A stretch of DNA of 64,000 nucleotides from NCBI GenBank assembly GCA_963700635.1, contig CAVOYH010000005.1:224001-288000 (forward strand), written 5' to 3'. Positions 21,688-31,568 of this stretch are shown piece by piece. The first letter of the stretch is position 1, and each line of letters begins with the position of its first letter. This DNA is from an uncultured Bacteroidota bacterium (GTDB lineage: Bacteria > Bacteroidota > Ignavibacteria > UBA10030 > UBA6906). The notes under the pieces were generated by a model. The model was given only the letters and a program-made list of their open reading frames with translations, did not search any database and had not been told where the DNA came from. A program made the translations under genes and the position numbers.

Positions 21688-22532
21688 ACGCCACCATTGC
21701 CCTCGCCCAGATTGACCCGGTACTGGGTGATCCGGAAAAGAACGTCGCCCTCCATTGTACCTACGCCGAACGCGCCCTGCAGGCCGGCGCAGAAATGGTC
21801 ATCTTTCCGGAGCTGAGCCTGACGGGCTACACCATCAAGGATCTGAACTGGGAACTTGCTATCCGTCCGTCCGAGCCGCCTGCGGCCTACAAACCATTGC
21901 TGGAGATGAGCCGGAAGATCCCCGTCCTTGCCGGTGGTGTGGAGGAGGGAGAGCGGTTCGGGATATACAATTCGGCATTTCTGTTTGAAGACGGGCTTGT
22001 GCGTGTCGTACACCGGAAGACCTATCCGCCGACCTACGGGATGTTTGAGGAGATGAGGTATTTCAGCAGGGGGCAGAGTGTGCGGGCGGTGGATACGAAG
22101 ATCGGCCGGATCGGTGTGCTGGTCTGTGAGGATCTCTGGCACCTCTCGATGCCGTATCTTCTGGCCATGGATGGGGCCGCGGCCATCATCTCGCTCACCG
22201 CGAGTCCCACGCGGCTCGGCGGCGACGGGGAGACGTTACGGGCCCAGAAGGTGAATGAAGAGAATCACAGAGCGTATGCGCGGTTGTTGTCCGTCTATCT
22301 GGTGTTCTGTAACCGCGTTGGTTTTGAGGATGGCGTGAATTTCTGGGGCGGATCAGCAGTCGTCACGCCCTCGGGGGATACCACTGTCTCGGCAAAATTG
22401 TTTGAGCAGGATCTTGTGACGGCCAGGCTGGATGAAAATGAAGTACGCAGGGCGCGCCGGTTTTCCAGGCACATGCTGGATGAAGATCCGGTGCTGGTGC
22501 AGCGGGAGCTGGCGCGGATTCTGAATCGTTAG
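21684..22532 (+). CDS. Carbon-nitrogen hydrolase (nitrilase superfamily, NAD synthetase glutaminase-like)
   Basis: FPELSLTGY, HRKTYPPTYGMFEE, VCEDLW catalytic triad. Confidence 0.92.
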   Translation: MNATIALAQIDPVLGDPEKNVALHCTYAERALQAGAEMVIFPELSLTGYTIKDLNWELAIRPSEPPAAYKPLLEMSRKIPVLAGGVEEGERFGIYNSAFLFEDGLVRVVHRKTYPPTYGMFEEMRYFSRGQSVRAVDTKIGRIGVLVCEDLWHLSMPYLLAMDGAAAIISLTASPTRLGGDGETLRAQKVNEENHRAYARLLSVYLVFCNRVGFEDGVNFWGGSAVVTPSGDTTVSAKLFEQDLVTARLDENEVRRARRFSRHMLDEDPVLVQRELARILNR

Positions 22533-23230
22533 ATCCCCATAAACAGCCGGTGCGCGAGATAGTCGGGAAGGTGGGAGTTCAGGATTGCCTGTGCGGCGGC
22601 TTCGATATCATAATCCAGCCGCTTGATATCAAAAGTCTTTTGCCCCGTATCCAGCAAGCCGAATGATGCCCGCGGGTTGCCATCTCTTGCCTGCCCTACA
22701 CTTCCCACATTGATAAGATAGCGGATCCCCGGTTCGAACTGGTTCACGGAGCCGTTTTCTCCGACGATCACCGGGACGTGTGTATGGCCGATAAAGCAAT
22801 AGGGGGTGCTAAATGCGGCGAAGCACCGCTCGGCGTCGGGCCAGGCGAAGATATAGCGCCACCCCTGCGGGTTGAGGGGGGCGGCATGGGCGAGTGTGAC
22901 ACTATCCTGGACATGGATGAAGGGGAGTGAGCGAAGGAACGCGAGGTTTTCCTCCGTCAGCTGTTTTCGGGTCCAGCGTAAAGCACTTTCGCCGTAGTGG
23001 TTAAAGTGATCCAGCGAAAGCTCGTCAATAGCGCCGCTGTCGTGGTTCCCCCGCACGGTCGCGGTACACCGTTCCCGCACCAGCTCGATGCATTCGTTTG
23101 GGGAGGAGCCGTACCCGACAATATCTCCCAAACAGAACACCTGATCGATGGCGAGTTGATCGATAACTTCGAACGTCCGCTCCAGGGCCTGCAGGTTGGA
23201 ATGGATGTCGGATATGACGGCAATCCGCAT
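22529..23230 (-). CDS. Metallophosphoesterase
   Basis: SDIHSN, LGDIVGYG, RGNHD, GHTH, NVGSVGQ. Confidence 0.93.
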   Translation of the reverse strand: MRIAVISDIHSNLQALERTFEVIDQLAIDQVFCLGDIVGYGSSPNECIELVRERCTATVRGNHDSGAIDELSLDHFNHYGESALRWTRKQLTEENLAFLRSLPFIHVQDSVTLAHAAPLNPQGWRYIFAWPDAERCFAAFSTPYCFIGHTHVPVIVGENGSVNQFEPGIRYLINVGSVGQARDGNPRASFGLLDTGQKTFDIKRLDYDIEAAAQAILNSHLPDYLAHRLFMGI

Positions 23231-23387
23231 GTTGTGTGTGATCTGTTCATAGGAATCTAAGAAAAGTTCTTGTATATACAAAGTACACGGTACATTCTGT
23301 CCGGTTCACTAATGAATCACCATTGCTTTTGTTGGTTTACGGGCTCCAGATTCGTATATTGTGGCATTGATTTGAGGAGCCCGTTGT

Positions 23388-23747
23388 ATGCCGAAAGTCC
23401 TGGTTATAGACGATGATGAGATTACCCTCGCCTTGATGCACAATGTGCTGGAGGAGGAAGGGTACAGCATTTATTCCACGGCCGATGGGCCGCAGGGGAT
23501 ACAGATTTATAAAGAGCGGCAGCCCGACGTCGTGATACTGGATCTGGCGTTGCCGAGCATGAACGGGCTGGAGGTGCTGCGTAAGTTGAAGCGTCATGAT
23601 CCGGATGCCAGGATCATTGTCGTCACGGGGCACGGTTCGGAAGAATCGGCGAAGGTCGCGCTTCGGTATGGGGCGTGGGGGTACATAGAAAAGCCCGTTG
23701 ATTTTGCGACCTTCCTGCATCAGATCAGGACGGCGATACAAGATTAG
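23388..23747 (+). CDS. Single-domain response regulator
   Basis: VIDDD, ILDLALP, VTG, EKP; GAGGAG SD; TTGGTT-17-TATATT upstream at 23332-23360. Confidence 0.93.
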   Translation: MPKVLVIDDDEITLALMHNVLEEEGYSIYSTADGPQGIQIYKERQPDVVILDLALPSMNGLEVLRKLKRHDPDARIIVVTGHGSEESAKVALRYGAWGYIEKPVDFATFLHQIRTAIQD

Positions 23748-23902
23748 GTTTTTTTCTTGCGGTTTGCGGTGTGGTGTCGTACATTATGGATGAAATCGTA
23801 GTAAGAAGTGAGCGCTTTGAGAGGGAAGTTGTGGAAAGCCGGGAAGTAGCAAATTGACTAACGACTCGTACACCAGCCCCTCACTTTGCACAAAATGAGC
23901 GC

Positions 23903-23974
23903 GACCGCGTAGCTCAGGGGTAGAGCATCTGCCTTTTAAGCAGAGGGTCGGTGGTTCGAGCCCACCCGCGGTCA
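23903..23974 (+). tRNA. tRNA-Lys(TTT)
   Basis: Acceptor GACCGCG/CGCGGTC, anticodon arm TCTGC-CTTTTAA-GCAGA, TTCGA loop; CCA not encoded. Confidence 0.96.
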
Positions 23975-24232
23975 CAGGAAAACGGGGTAGAGAGAGGTAG
24001 GGGATGGGGGCGGGGAGATCAGGGGAGCTACAGCCGCGTTTCGCCTAACCTTCTGTAATAGTACACAAGGCCCACAAGCAGCCTGCTGACCATGAAGGCC
24101 GGGAACTACCACCCTCTGCATGTGCCACTATGCACACTCCTGTGAAGGAATTGGTGGAATAGTCTGAAATTGGTTGCTTTTTACGTTCCTTCTATGTAAT
24201 TTTGCCAATGTCGCGTCACGCTGAAATTTGAT

Positions 24233-24315
24233 GCGGAAGTGGCGAAATTGGCAGACGCACCATCTTGAGGGGGTGGCGCCCACAAGGCATGCGGGTTCAA
24301 GTCCCGCCTTCCGCA
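24233..24315 (+). tRNA. tRNA-Leu(GAG)
   Basis: Acceptor GCGGAAG/CTTCCGC, anticodon loop TTGAGGG, long variable arm, TTCAA loop. Confidence 0.96.
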
Positions 24316-24390
24316 CATGAATGTTATGCTCGTACTGACCGGCCAGCCGGATTGTCGGTCAGATGATTTGCAAAGAGGAGAGTCGAAAAC

Positions 24391-24792
24391 ATGAAGAGAA
24401 AGAGCGTCCTCATTGCACTGCTTGTTCTCTCTACGATCTCCATGGTTCTTGCCGGGGGGATCAAAGACGGAACACTGTCGGCCCAGAGTAACGGAACAAA
24501 CATCATCGTGCGCTGGATGAGCGAGAGTGAGATTGATGTGCGCGGGTACCAGGTGGAACGCCGGGCCGGCACCGATGGTCCTTTTGTCCTCCTCACCACG
24601 CCATATATCCCCGCCAAAGGCGACGGTGCTACCTATGAGTTTGTCGACAACGCCGCATACCGGGTGACCGACAATCTCTACCAGTACCGCATTACCGCCA
24701 TCGGGAACAACGCTACCTACTATGTCACCGTGAACCACCGGGTGAGCGACGTCAGACGCACCTGGGGCAGTATCAAAGCGATGTTCCGGTAG
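24391..24792 (+). CDS. Secreted Ig/FN3-like protein ending in TWGSIKAMFR
   Basis: GAGGAG SD, signal peptide, beta-rich domain (VRW-SESE-GYQVER-YEFVD-YQYRI). Confidence 0.85.
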   Translation: MKRKSVLIALLVLSTISMVLAGGIKDGTLSAQSNGTNIIVRWMSESEIDVRGYQVERRAGTDGPFVLLTTPYIPAKGDGATYEFVDNAAYRVTDNLYQYRITAIGNNATYYVTVNHRVSDVRRTWGSIKAMFR

Positions 24793-24838
24793 GTAAGAGG
24801 GTGAACAGGCGAGGGCCTTTCTCCCTTCGAAAACCTGT

Positions 24839-25417
24839 ATGATGCTTCCCCGATCCCTGGTCCTTGCCTCACGCTCCCCGCGTCGTCTATCCCTCCTCAC
24901 GCAGATCGGTCTTTCTCCCCGCGTGGTATCCTGTGACATTCCCGAAGACTTTGATGCTTCACTTTCACCCGCACAAAACGCGGAACAGCTTGCGCGCCAG
25001 AAGGCTGAATGTGTCGCCGGGAATATCAAAGAGGGGATCGTGCTCGGTGCCGATACCATCGTGGTGATCAACGGGCAGATCCTCGCAAAACCCGCGGATG
25101 CCGATGATGCTGTGCGCATGCTCACGATGTTAAGCGGACAAACACATACCGTGTATACCGGTTTTGCGCTTATCGACAAACCATCCGGAAAGGTCCGCAG
25201 CGGTGTGGAAGAAACCCACGTCACGTTCCGGAAGATTCCGAGATCGGAAATTGTTGAGTACGTTCAGGGCGGATCACCCCTGGACAAAGCGGGCGCCTAT
25301 GGCATCCAGGATGACTATGGAGCGGTGTTTGTGACGCGCATTGAAGGATGCTACTACAATGTGGTGGGACTGCCGCTGGCGAGGGTGTTTAATGAGATAG
25401 GGCAGCTGACTGCATGA
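24839..25417 (+). CDS. maf: Maf family nucleoside triphosphate pyrophosphatase
   Basis: LASRSPRR, GADTIV, DKAGAYGIQ, NVVGLP. Confidence 0.96.
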   Translation: MMLPRSLVLASRSPRRLSLLTQIGLSPRVVSCDIPEDFDASLSPAQNAEQLARQKAECVAGNIKEGIVLGADTIVVINGQILAKPADADDAVRMLTMLSGQTHTVYTGFALIDKPSGKVRSGVEETHVTFRKIPRSEIVEYVQGGSPLDKAGAYGIQDDYGAVFVTRIEGCYYNVVGLPLARVFNEIGQLTA

Positions 25418-25444
25418 GACCGTGATTCACGACGAAGGAGACCC

Positions 25445-25861
25445 ATGAACACACCCATCCGTGTACTCATTGCAAAAGCAGGTTTGGATGGCCACGACCG
25501 CGGCGCCAAAGTTGTTGCCGCCGCGCTCCGTGATGCCGGAATGGAAGTGATCTATACTGGTTTGCGCAAGACTCCCGAAACGATTGTCGAAGCTGCCCTT
25601 CAGGAAGACGTAAACGCCATCGGGATCAGCGTCCTGAGTGGTGCGCACATGACAGTCTTTCCGCGCATTCTGACTCTCGCCCGGGAACGGGGAATCGGCG
25701 ATGTTCTCTTGTTCGGTGGTGGGATAATCCCCGAAAGGGATATCGAGGCGCTCAAGAAGATGGGCGTTGGAGAATTGTTCACCCCCGGCGCACCAACCCA
25801 GGCCATCGTTGACTACGTCCGCGCCTGGGTGGAGGCGAAAGCTGCTGGCTCAAACCCATGA
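25445..25861 (+). CDS. Cobalamin-binding subunit of an acyl-CoA mutase (methylmalonyl-CoA mutase C-terminal domain)
   Basis: [25 protein letters not shown]. Confidence 0.95.
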   Translation: MNTPIRVLIAKAGLDGHDRGAKVVAAALRDAGMEVIYTGLRKTPETIVEAALQEDVNAIGISVLSGAHMTVFPRILTLARERGIGDVLLFGGGIIPERDIEALKKMGVGELFTPGAPTQAIVDYVRAWVEAKAAGSNP

Positions 25862-25977
25862 TGGCCGGCACAGGAGAATTCCTCGCACAGGCCTTGCTCA
25901 GAACTCAGCCTGGCGCTTACAGCACCGTGTGAGAAAGGAATCGCCTTCCCTGCAGCACGCTCCGTGCCTTTTACTTC

Positions 25978-26184
25978 CTACGGGGCAATTCTGGTGACAT
26001 TGACCGCTTGAAGCCCCTTCTGCCCCTGCTCTACCTCAAACTGCACACCCTCCCCCTGCTTCAAGGTCTTGTACCCGTCCCCGATAATGGACTTGAAATG
26101 GACAAAGAGGTCTTCTCCGTTCTCACGCGTAATAAAGCCATACCCCTTCGCGTTATTGAACCACTTCACGGTACCCTTTTCCAT
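25978..26184 (-). CDS. Cold-shock protein
   Basis: GTVKWFN, KGYGFI, DLFVHF; TTGCGT-17-TACGTT promoter at 26248-26220. Confidence 0.97.
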   Translation of the reverse strand: MEKGTVKWFNNAKGYGFITRENGEDLFVHFKSIIGDGYKTLKQGEGVQFEVEQGQKGLQAVNVTRIAP

Positions 26185-26284
26185 GGTGCTGGAACCTTCC
26201 TGGATGTGTTACCAATGCGAACGTAACAAACCGGATTGATAAACGCAAGTGCCCCCCCCAATCTGCCCGTGTTTCGCGCGGACA

Positions 26285-28639
26285 TCACTCATCAAGCCAG
26301 ATTCCGGGATTGGGGGCCGGATCATCAGGTTTTTCGTCTCCCCCGTCCACCGTACGTGTCTGGAGTATCATCCCCTCGGAGGAGAAGGGAAACAGATCTT
26401 CAATCGCAAAAATACGGGCAAAATCGGTCGGCCGGAAGAATTCAGTAAACTTCTCTGAGAGTTCATTCAACCTCCTCAGATAGTACGCGGAGTTTTCATC
26501 GGGGAAGTGTGGATCCCACTCCTCAGCCGGCTTACTGGCGTCTGTTATCCGCACATTGGGGTCACTCCCGGTAACATAATAGGCTACCCGGTCTCCGACC
26601 CGAAAACGGCGTCCCAGCCGGATTGCCACCTCGTACGCCGCACTCCGGTTCCTCTGCTCCTTCTCAACTTCCCGTCTGTACTGCTCAATCGGTTCCCGCA
26701 GTGTTTCCACCCGCGCGAAATCCCGAACATCCATTGTATGGGATTGAATGGTGGAGGCCACCTCAAGATACAGCCGGTGGAGCCCGTCTATGTCATTGTT
26801 CAGAATCCGTTCAATACAGTGCCTGATATACGACCGACCGAACCTTTCCATACTCCGGGAGACCAGCGACGAGCCTTTGATGATCAGCCGGTCATCGTAT
26901 CCGAGCAACGCATAGTTTTTCATCCGGTAACTCAGCATCCGGCGGTATCGGCCATCCAGGACAAGCGAAATTCCCTTCGGCAGTTTCTTTGCCACCGAAG
27001 CGACCGTAGACAGCTCTTCCTCTTCGCTGTTCACGTCCTGGGGGGGGACAAAATAGACACCGTCGGTATCCACCTCCACAACCTTCGCCCCCATTTCACG
27101 GAGTCCGCCAATGGTCTGCCTGAGGATCTCCTGCCCGGCTTTGGTCACCTCATCGGCCTGGTGATAGTCGTTAAAGAGCGCCCTGGAATACCCGAGGTAT
27201 CCATAGAAGGAATTAATGAGGATCTTCAGCGAAGACTGTTGCGCATCCAGGTGTGTACGATCCGTCTCGTTTTCTGCCTTGTGCATACGCTGCTTCAGAG
27301 TAAGGCGTTGCCTGGTGAGGATACCCAGCAACTCGCTAAAAACACCCAGCGTGTCACTGGCGGGCGAGATGTTCCTGGTGATCATAATCGATGGATACAA
27401 CGACTCGACGTCGGCATGGACGATCGGACCGAGAACGCCGACGAAGAACAAATCCGTGTACCCGCCCGTCGTCTGGGCGCCCGTCGTCGCCTGAGGCAGG
27501 GAATGTTTCTGCCGGAGGTACTCACGGACCAGGAGCAGTTCAATTTTCGTCGCCGCGCCAATCCGTGTGACGGTACCATAACTGCACGGCAGCATCCGGG
27601 CAAGATGGAAGGAAGAAGGGGAGAGCAGAGTACTCAGCCCCCGGGTTTCCCGCACGTCGTCCAGCGCATACCGGACAAGCGTTTCCGGTTCGTTGTCCCA
27701 TGTCCAGGATATCCTCTCACCTTCCACAATCACACGGTCAGGGGAAGTCAACCCGAAGTACCGTGCAGCATACTTCAGGCCATGGCTCTCCATGTTCCGT
27801 TTGTTCTGGTCGTATGACTGGACCAGCTGATAGGTATCAACGACATGCCGTCCGCTAATGTCTCCTGCCGAGTAGTCGGGTGCATACTCGCCCTGGAACG
27901 AGCGTCCCTCCGCGATGCGCATCGGTTTGTCATCTCTGCCCAGTAAAGGTGCAATGTCATGCATGGCGCACCGCTTGAGGATATACGGCAGATCGAAGCC
28001 GAGGATGTTGTGTCCCTCGATCACATCCGGGTCACGGTGCCGGATTGTCCGGATCAGTTCCTTCAGCATGGCCGGCTCGTCGTGGTGTCTGCCGTCGATC
28101 ATGTGCTCCCACCCGCTGTTGTCCGACAGCGCAATCAGGATGATCCTGTCACCCGGCCGGGATGCGGAACTGAATCCATGCGTTCCTGCCGTGTAGGTTT
28201 CAATGTCCAGCTGAAGCCGGTTGAGGTCCTCAAAGACCATCTCTTGAAACAGGGTGCGGCCGGATTGGAGGAGGTACTGTGTGACGGGGTCCGGGATCAT
28301 GTGCAGAACATCAAGCTGCGTGTAGGAATCGATCCCGATGGGCACCCGCCGGTTGAAGAGTTCGATGAGGTGCCGGGTGGCTTCCCACATGGAATTCCAG
28401 CTGTCGAAGACGCACAGGTACGCAAACCGGTGTTCGCCGGCCGTTTTCTTGATCCAGTGTTTGTGCTGGAAACCTTCGAGGAGGGATGGATCGGCGAGAT
28501 AGAAAAACGGAAAAAAGGGCTCGTCGCGCGTGGTCGTACGTCCGCCGCTGCGAAGCGTCAGACGTACGAGAGCGTCGTCGACATGATCCACTGCGACGAT
28601 ATGCGGCTCGGGGGTATGGCCGGAGAGAACAGTGCTCAT
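26285..28639 (-). CDS. polB: Family B DNA polymerase
   Basis: Exonuclease motifs DIET, GHNILGFDLPY, YALDD; polymerase motifs DVESLYPSI, KILINSFYG, DTDG. Confidence 0.92.
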   Translation of the reverse strand: MSTVLSGHTPEPHIVAVDHVDDALVRLTLRSGGRTTTRDEPFFPFFYLADPSLLEGFQHKHWIKKTAGEHRFAYLCVFDSWNSMWEATRHLIELFNRRVPIGIDSYTQLDVLHMIPDPVTQYLLQSGRTLFQEMVFEDLNRLQLDIETYTAGTHGFSSASRPGDRIILIALSDNSGWEHMIDGRHHDEPAMLKELIRTIRHRDPDVIEGHNILGFDLPYILKRCAMHDIAPLLGRDDKPMRIAEGRSFQGEYAPDYSAGDISGRHVVDTYQLVQSYDQNKRNMESHGLKYAARYFGLTSPDRVIVEGERISWTWDNEPETLVRYALDDVRETRGLSTLLSPSSFHLARMLPCSYGTVTRIGAATKIELLLVREYLRQKHSLPQATTGAQTTGGYTDLFFVGVLGPIVHADVESLYPSIMITRNISPASDTLGVFSELLGILTRQRLTLKQRMHKAENETDRTHLDAQQSSLKILINSFYGYLGYSRALFNDYHQADEVTKAGQEILRQTIGGLREMGAKVVEVDTDGVYFVPPQDVNSEEEELSTVASVAKKLPKGISLVLDGRYRRMLSYRMKNYALLGYDDRLIIKGSSLVSRSMERFGRSYIRHCIERILNNDIDGLHRLYLEVASTIQSHTMDVRDFARVETLREPIEQYRREVEKEQRNRSAAYEVAIRLGRRFRVGDRVAYYVTGSDPNVRITDASKPAEEWDPHFPDENSAYYLRRLNELSEKFTEFFRPTDFARIFAIEDLFPFSSEGMILQTRTVDGGDEKPDDPAPNPGIWLDE

Positions 28640-28655
28640 CGGCTCGAACGGTTAC

Positions 28656-29453
28656 TTACTTCTTTCTCCGCGTTTTCTTCGTAGCGGCCGCCTCTTGTTC
28701 CTTAAACGCCTTCAGGAACGGGGCGACGAGATCGATGGGGATCGGGAATATGGTCGTGGAGTTCTTTTCCGATGCAACCTCCGTAAGGGTCTGGAGATAC
28801 CGGAGCTGGAGAGCCATCGGATGGTCCTCAATAGTTATGGCCGCATCCTTAAGACGCTTGGCCGCCTGGAATTCTCCCTCGGCATGTATGACCTTTGCGC
28901 GCCTCTCCCGCTCGGCTTCCGCCTGACGCGCCATCGCACGCTGCATTTCAACGGGCAGGTCGATGTGCTTGACTTCAACGTTTGATACCTTGATTCCCCA
29001 CGGCTCCGTCTGGTGGTCGATAATTTTCTGCAACTCCGCGTTAATCTTGTCCCGGGCCGAGAGGAGCTCATCAAGTTCAGACTGGCCGAGGATGCTCCGG
29101 AGTGTGGTCTGGGAGAGCTGGGAGGTGGCAAAGAGGAAGTTTTCCACTTCTACAATCGCCTTGTCAGGGTGCACAACACGGAAATAGACAACCGCGTTTA
29201 CTTTTATGGAGACATTGTCTTTGGTGATCACATCCTGGGGTGGGACATCGAAGACCACGGTACGCAGACTCACTTTTACGAGCTTGTCAACCATGGGGAT
29301 GAGCAGAATCAGCCCCGGTCCTTTCACAGCAATAAGGCGGCCCAGGCGGAATATGACACCCCGTTCATACTCACGCAGGATACGAATGGCGTTCGCGATG
29401 ATGATGGCAAGAAAGAGAACAACGATGACGATGATAGCGCCGAAGGCTTGCAT
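28656..29453 (-). CDS. Slipin/SPFH (stomatin-like) protein
   Basis: [41 protein letters not shown]. Confidence 0.96.
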   Translation of the reverse strand: MQAFGAIIVIVVLFLAIIIANAIRILREYERGVIFRLGRLIAVKGPGLILLIPMVDKLVKVSLRTVVFDVPPQDVITKDNVSIKVNAVVYFRVVHPDKAIVEVENFLFATSQLSQTTLRSILGQSELDELLSARDKINAELQKIIDHQTEPWGIKVSNVEVKHIDLPVEMQRAMARQAEAERERRAKVIHAEGEFQAAKRLKDAAITIEDHPMALQLRYLQTLTEVASEKNSTTIFPIPIDLVAPFLKAFKEQEAAATKKTRRKK

Positions 29454-29468
29454 GGCCTGGCTCCTCTG

Positions 29469-30758
29469 TTAGGTGCTGCGTTGGGTGGGGGAAACAGTGA
29501 GGTGAAGACCGTGCATACCGGTGACGACTATCGGGTCGCCGGCATGAACAGGCGGTGACGTGGCCGTCGCCGACCAGATTTCGCCATGAACACGCACCTG
29601 GCCGTCGGGATTCAACTCCTGCAGGGCAACTCCGGTTTCTCCGATGATTCCTTCCTCGCCGGTGGTGGGTTTGCGGCGTTGAGCCCGTACACCCATTCCG
29701 ATGGCGAAGAGGAAAAAGAGAACTGTTACGACGACCGATGGGATAATAACAAGCCAGGAGACACGGAGTACTTCCAGTGGTGATTCTACGTCGATGAGCA
29801 TAACGGATCCAAGAAGAAGGCACAATGCGCCGCCGATGGACAGGAGGCCATAACTGGTTATTTTAATCTCGAGAAGGAAGAGGATAACGCCCACAACAAG
29901 AAGGGCCAGGCCGGCATAGTTCACCGGGAGTGTGTGGAGTGAATAGAAGGCGAGGATCAGTGAAATCACGCCCACGACGCCGGGGAGGACCGACCCGGGA
30001 TTGTACAGTTCAAATATCAGGCCGTACATCCCCAGAAGGAAAAAGATGTATGCAATGTTCGGATCGCTGAGCAGGTCGAGAATGGTGGACTTCCAGTCCA
30101 TTGTCTTCCGGACAACCTGCGCCCCCGCGGTCCGGATCGTATCAGGTCCTGAATCGAGCTGGACGATTCTGCCGTCAAGTTTCCGGACGAGATCATCCAG
30201 ATCGCGTGCAATCAGGTCGATCACGGAGTCGCGCAGAGCTTCCGTATCGCTTAGAGATGTACTTTGCCGTACGGCTTCTTCAGCCCATTTGATGTTACGC
30301 TTGCGCTTTTCGCTGATTGCCCGGATAAATGCTGCCGCGTCATTGGTGGCTTTCTGACTCGAAATGGAATCCTGTTCGCCGCCCTGCATCCCGACCGGAT
30401 GTGCAGCCCCGATATTCGTTCCCGGAGTCATGGCTGCCACATGGGCCGCAAGCGTGATAAAGGCTCCGGCAGACGCCGCCTGGGAACCGGCGGGAGAAAC
30501 GTACACGACGATCGGGATTTTAGCGGTCAGGAGGTCGCTGACAATGACCCTGGTAGATTTGAGCAGGCCGCCCGGCGTATTCAGGGCTATGATGAGACAC
30601 TCGGCCTTCTCGTTGACCGCCTTTTCAATGCTCTGGTGAACATAATCCGCCGTTGCGGGATTTATCGTAGCGTCCAGCGAAATGACGTGGATGGGCTGGG
30701 CGTGGGAGAGCGTTGTGGCGATAAATAGCGAAAGGAGCAGGGAATAGGCTGTTTTCAT
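29469..30758 (-). CDS. nfeD: NfeD family membrane-bound serine protease
   Basis: NTPGGL, AASAG, GTNIGAAHPV, TM block, C-terminal VHGEIW OB fold; adjacent to slipin. Confidence 0.95.
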   Translation of the reverse strand: MKTAYSLLLSLFIATTLSHAQPIHVISLDATINPATADYVHQSIEKAVNEKAECLIIALNTPGGLLKSTRVIVSDLLTAKIPIVVYVSPAGSQAASAGAFITLAAHVAAMTPGTNIGAAHPVGMQGGEQDSISSQKATNDAAAFIRAISEKRKRNIKWAEEAVRQSTSLSDTEALRDSVIDLIARDLDDLVRKLDGRIVQLDSGPDTIRTAGAQVVRKTMDWKSTILDLLSDPNIAYIFFLLGMYGLIFELYNPGSVLPGVVGVISLILAFYSLHTLPVNYAGLALLVVGVILFLLEIKITSYGLLSIGGALCLLLGSVMLIDVESPLEVLRVSWLVIIPSVVVTVLFFLFAIGMGVRAQRRKPTTGEEGIIGETGVALQELNPDGQVRVHGEIWSATATSPPVHAGDPIVVTGMHGLHLTVSPTQRST

Positions 30759-30822
30759 AGTGTATGACCACCGCTGCAATCGGCTATAGCCAAGAATCTC
30801 TTAAAATTGCCAATCGGTTCGA

Positions 30823-30836
30823 GCGGAGAGGGTGGG
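30823..30836. repeat. att-like copy of tRNA-Ser(GGA) 3' end
   Basis: Identical to 34618-34631. Confidence 0.7.
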
Positions 30837-31055
30837 CAAACTCCGGACCCGGTATTTCCGAGTTTATGTATTCAAAGTACCTCTCCGCGTGCTAATAGTC
30901 AAGGAAATGCGAACGGACCAACTCAGCCGCGTTAGCAATCCGTCGCGCGCACATGAGGTAGACTCAGAGCTGAACAATGACACCCGTGCAAAACTCGTGA
31001 CCGGGAGGATGCTCATTACATGCAGGGCCTGAGACTCAATGTAGCCGGATTTTCC

Positions 31056-31084
31056 TTGACATTCTCGAACCCGGAGACTACTAT
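31056..31084 (+). promoter_or_regulatory. sigma70-type promoter
   Basis: TTGACA-17 nt-TACTAT. Confidence 0.7.
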
Positions 31085-31132
31085 ATCCCCAACCGCAATG
31101 CTCATAATCAACAGTATCAAAGGAGGACATCA

Positions 31133-31462
31133 ATGGAAAAAGTCGGCCGCTATGCATTTCTCATTGGGGTCGTTATCAGCATTCTTGCGGGGTTTCTCTC
31201 ATCGGATTGGATCTTTGCGATCCTGACTCTGCTCGGACTGATAGTCGGGCTCCTGAACGTCACGTCCAAGGAGGTTCAAAGTTTTCTCCTGGCTGCTGTC
31301 AGTCTCGTCATTGTGGCCGGGCTCGGGTCTGACCGCATTACGTCCCTGCCGCAGGTGGGCGATATCCTCGGGAGGGTGTACACAGCACTTCTGACGTTCG
31401 TATCGCCTGCAGCAATCATTGTCGCGCTGAAATCGATCTTTTCTCTGGCGAAGAGTGCCTAA
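31133..31462 (+). CDS. Small hypothetical integral membrane protein
   Basis: AGGAGG SD; about four hydrophobic segments. Confidence 0.85.
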   Translation: MEKVGRYAFLIGVVISILAGFLSSDWIFAILTLLGLIVGLLNVTSKEVQSFLLAAVSLVIVAGLGSDRITSLPQVGDILGRVYTALLTFVSPAAIIVALKSIFSLAKSA

Positions 31463-31568
31463 ACTGTTGTCGGAGAGCGTGCCACAGAAATCGTTTTGCG
31501 TAATGGATGCGTCATCCTGATCAATGGTCTCCGATGTCCGTGCATTGTTTCAAACAACAGGAGGGCCC

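Noticed and set aside
23786-23857. 23-codon ORF in the tRNA-Lys leader
   Set aside because: ATG directly abuts a likely -10 box and has no SD
26507-27817. 436-aa plus-strand ORF
   Set aside because: Antisense shadow of polB
30834-30870. GGGCAAAC resembling a c-di-GMP-I riboswitch start
   Set aside because: No GNRA loop or GCAAA receptor follows
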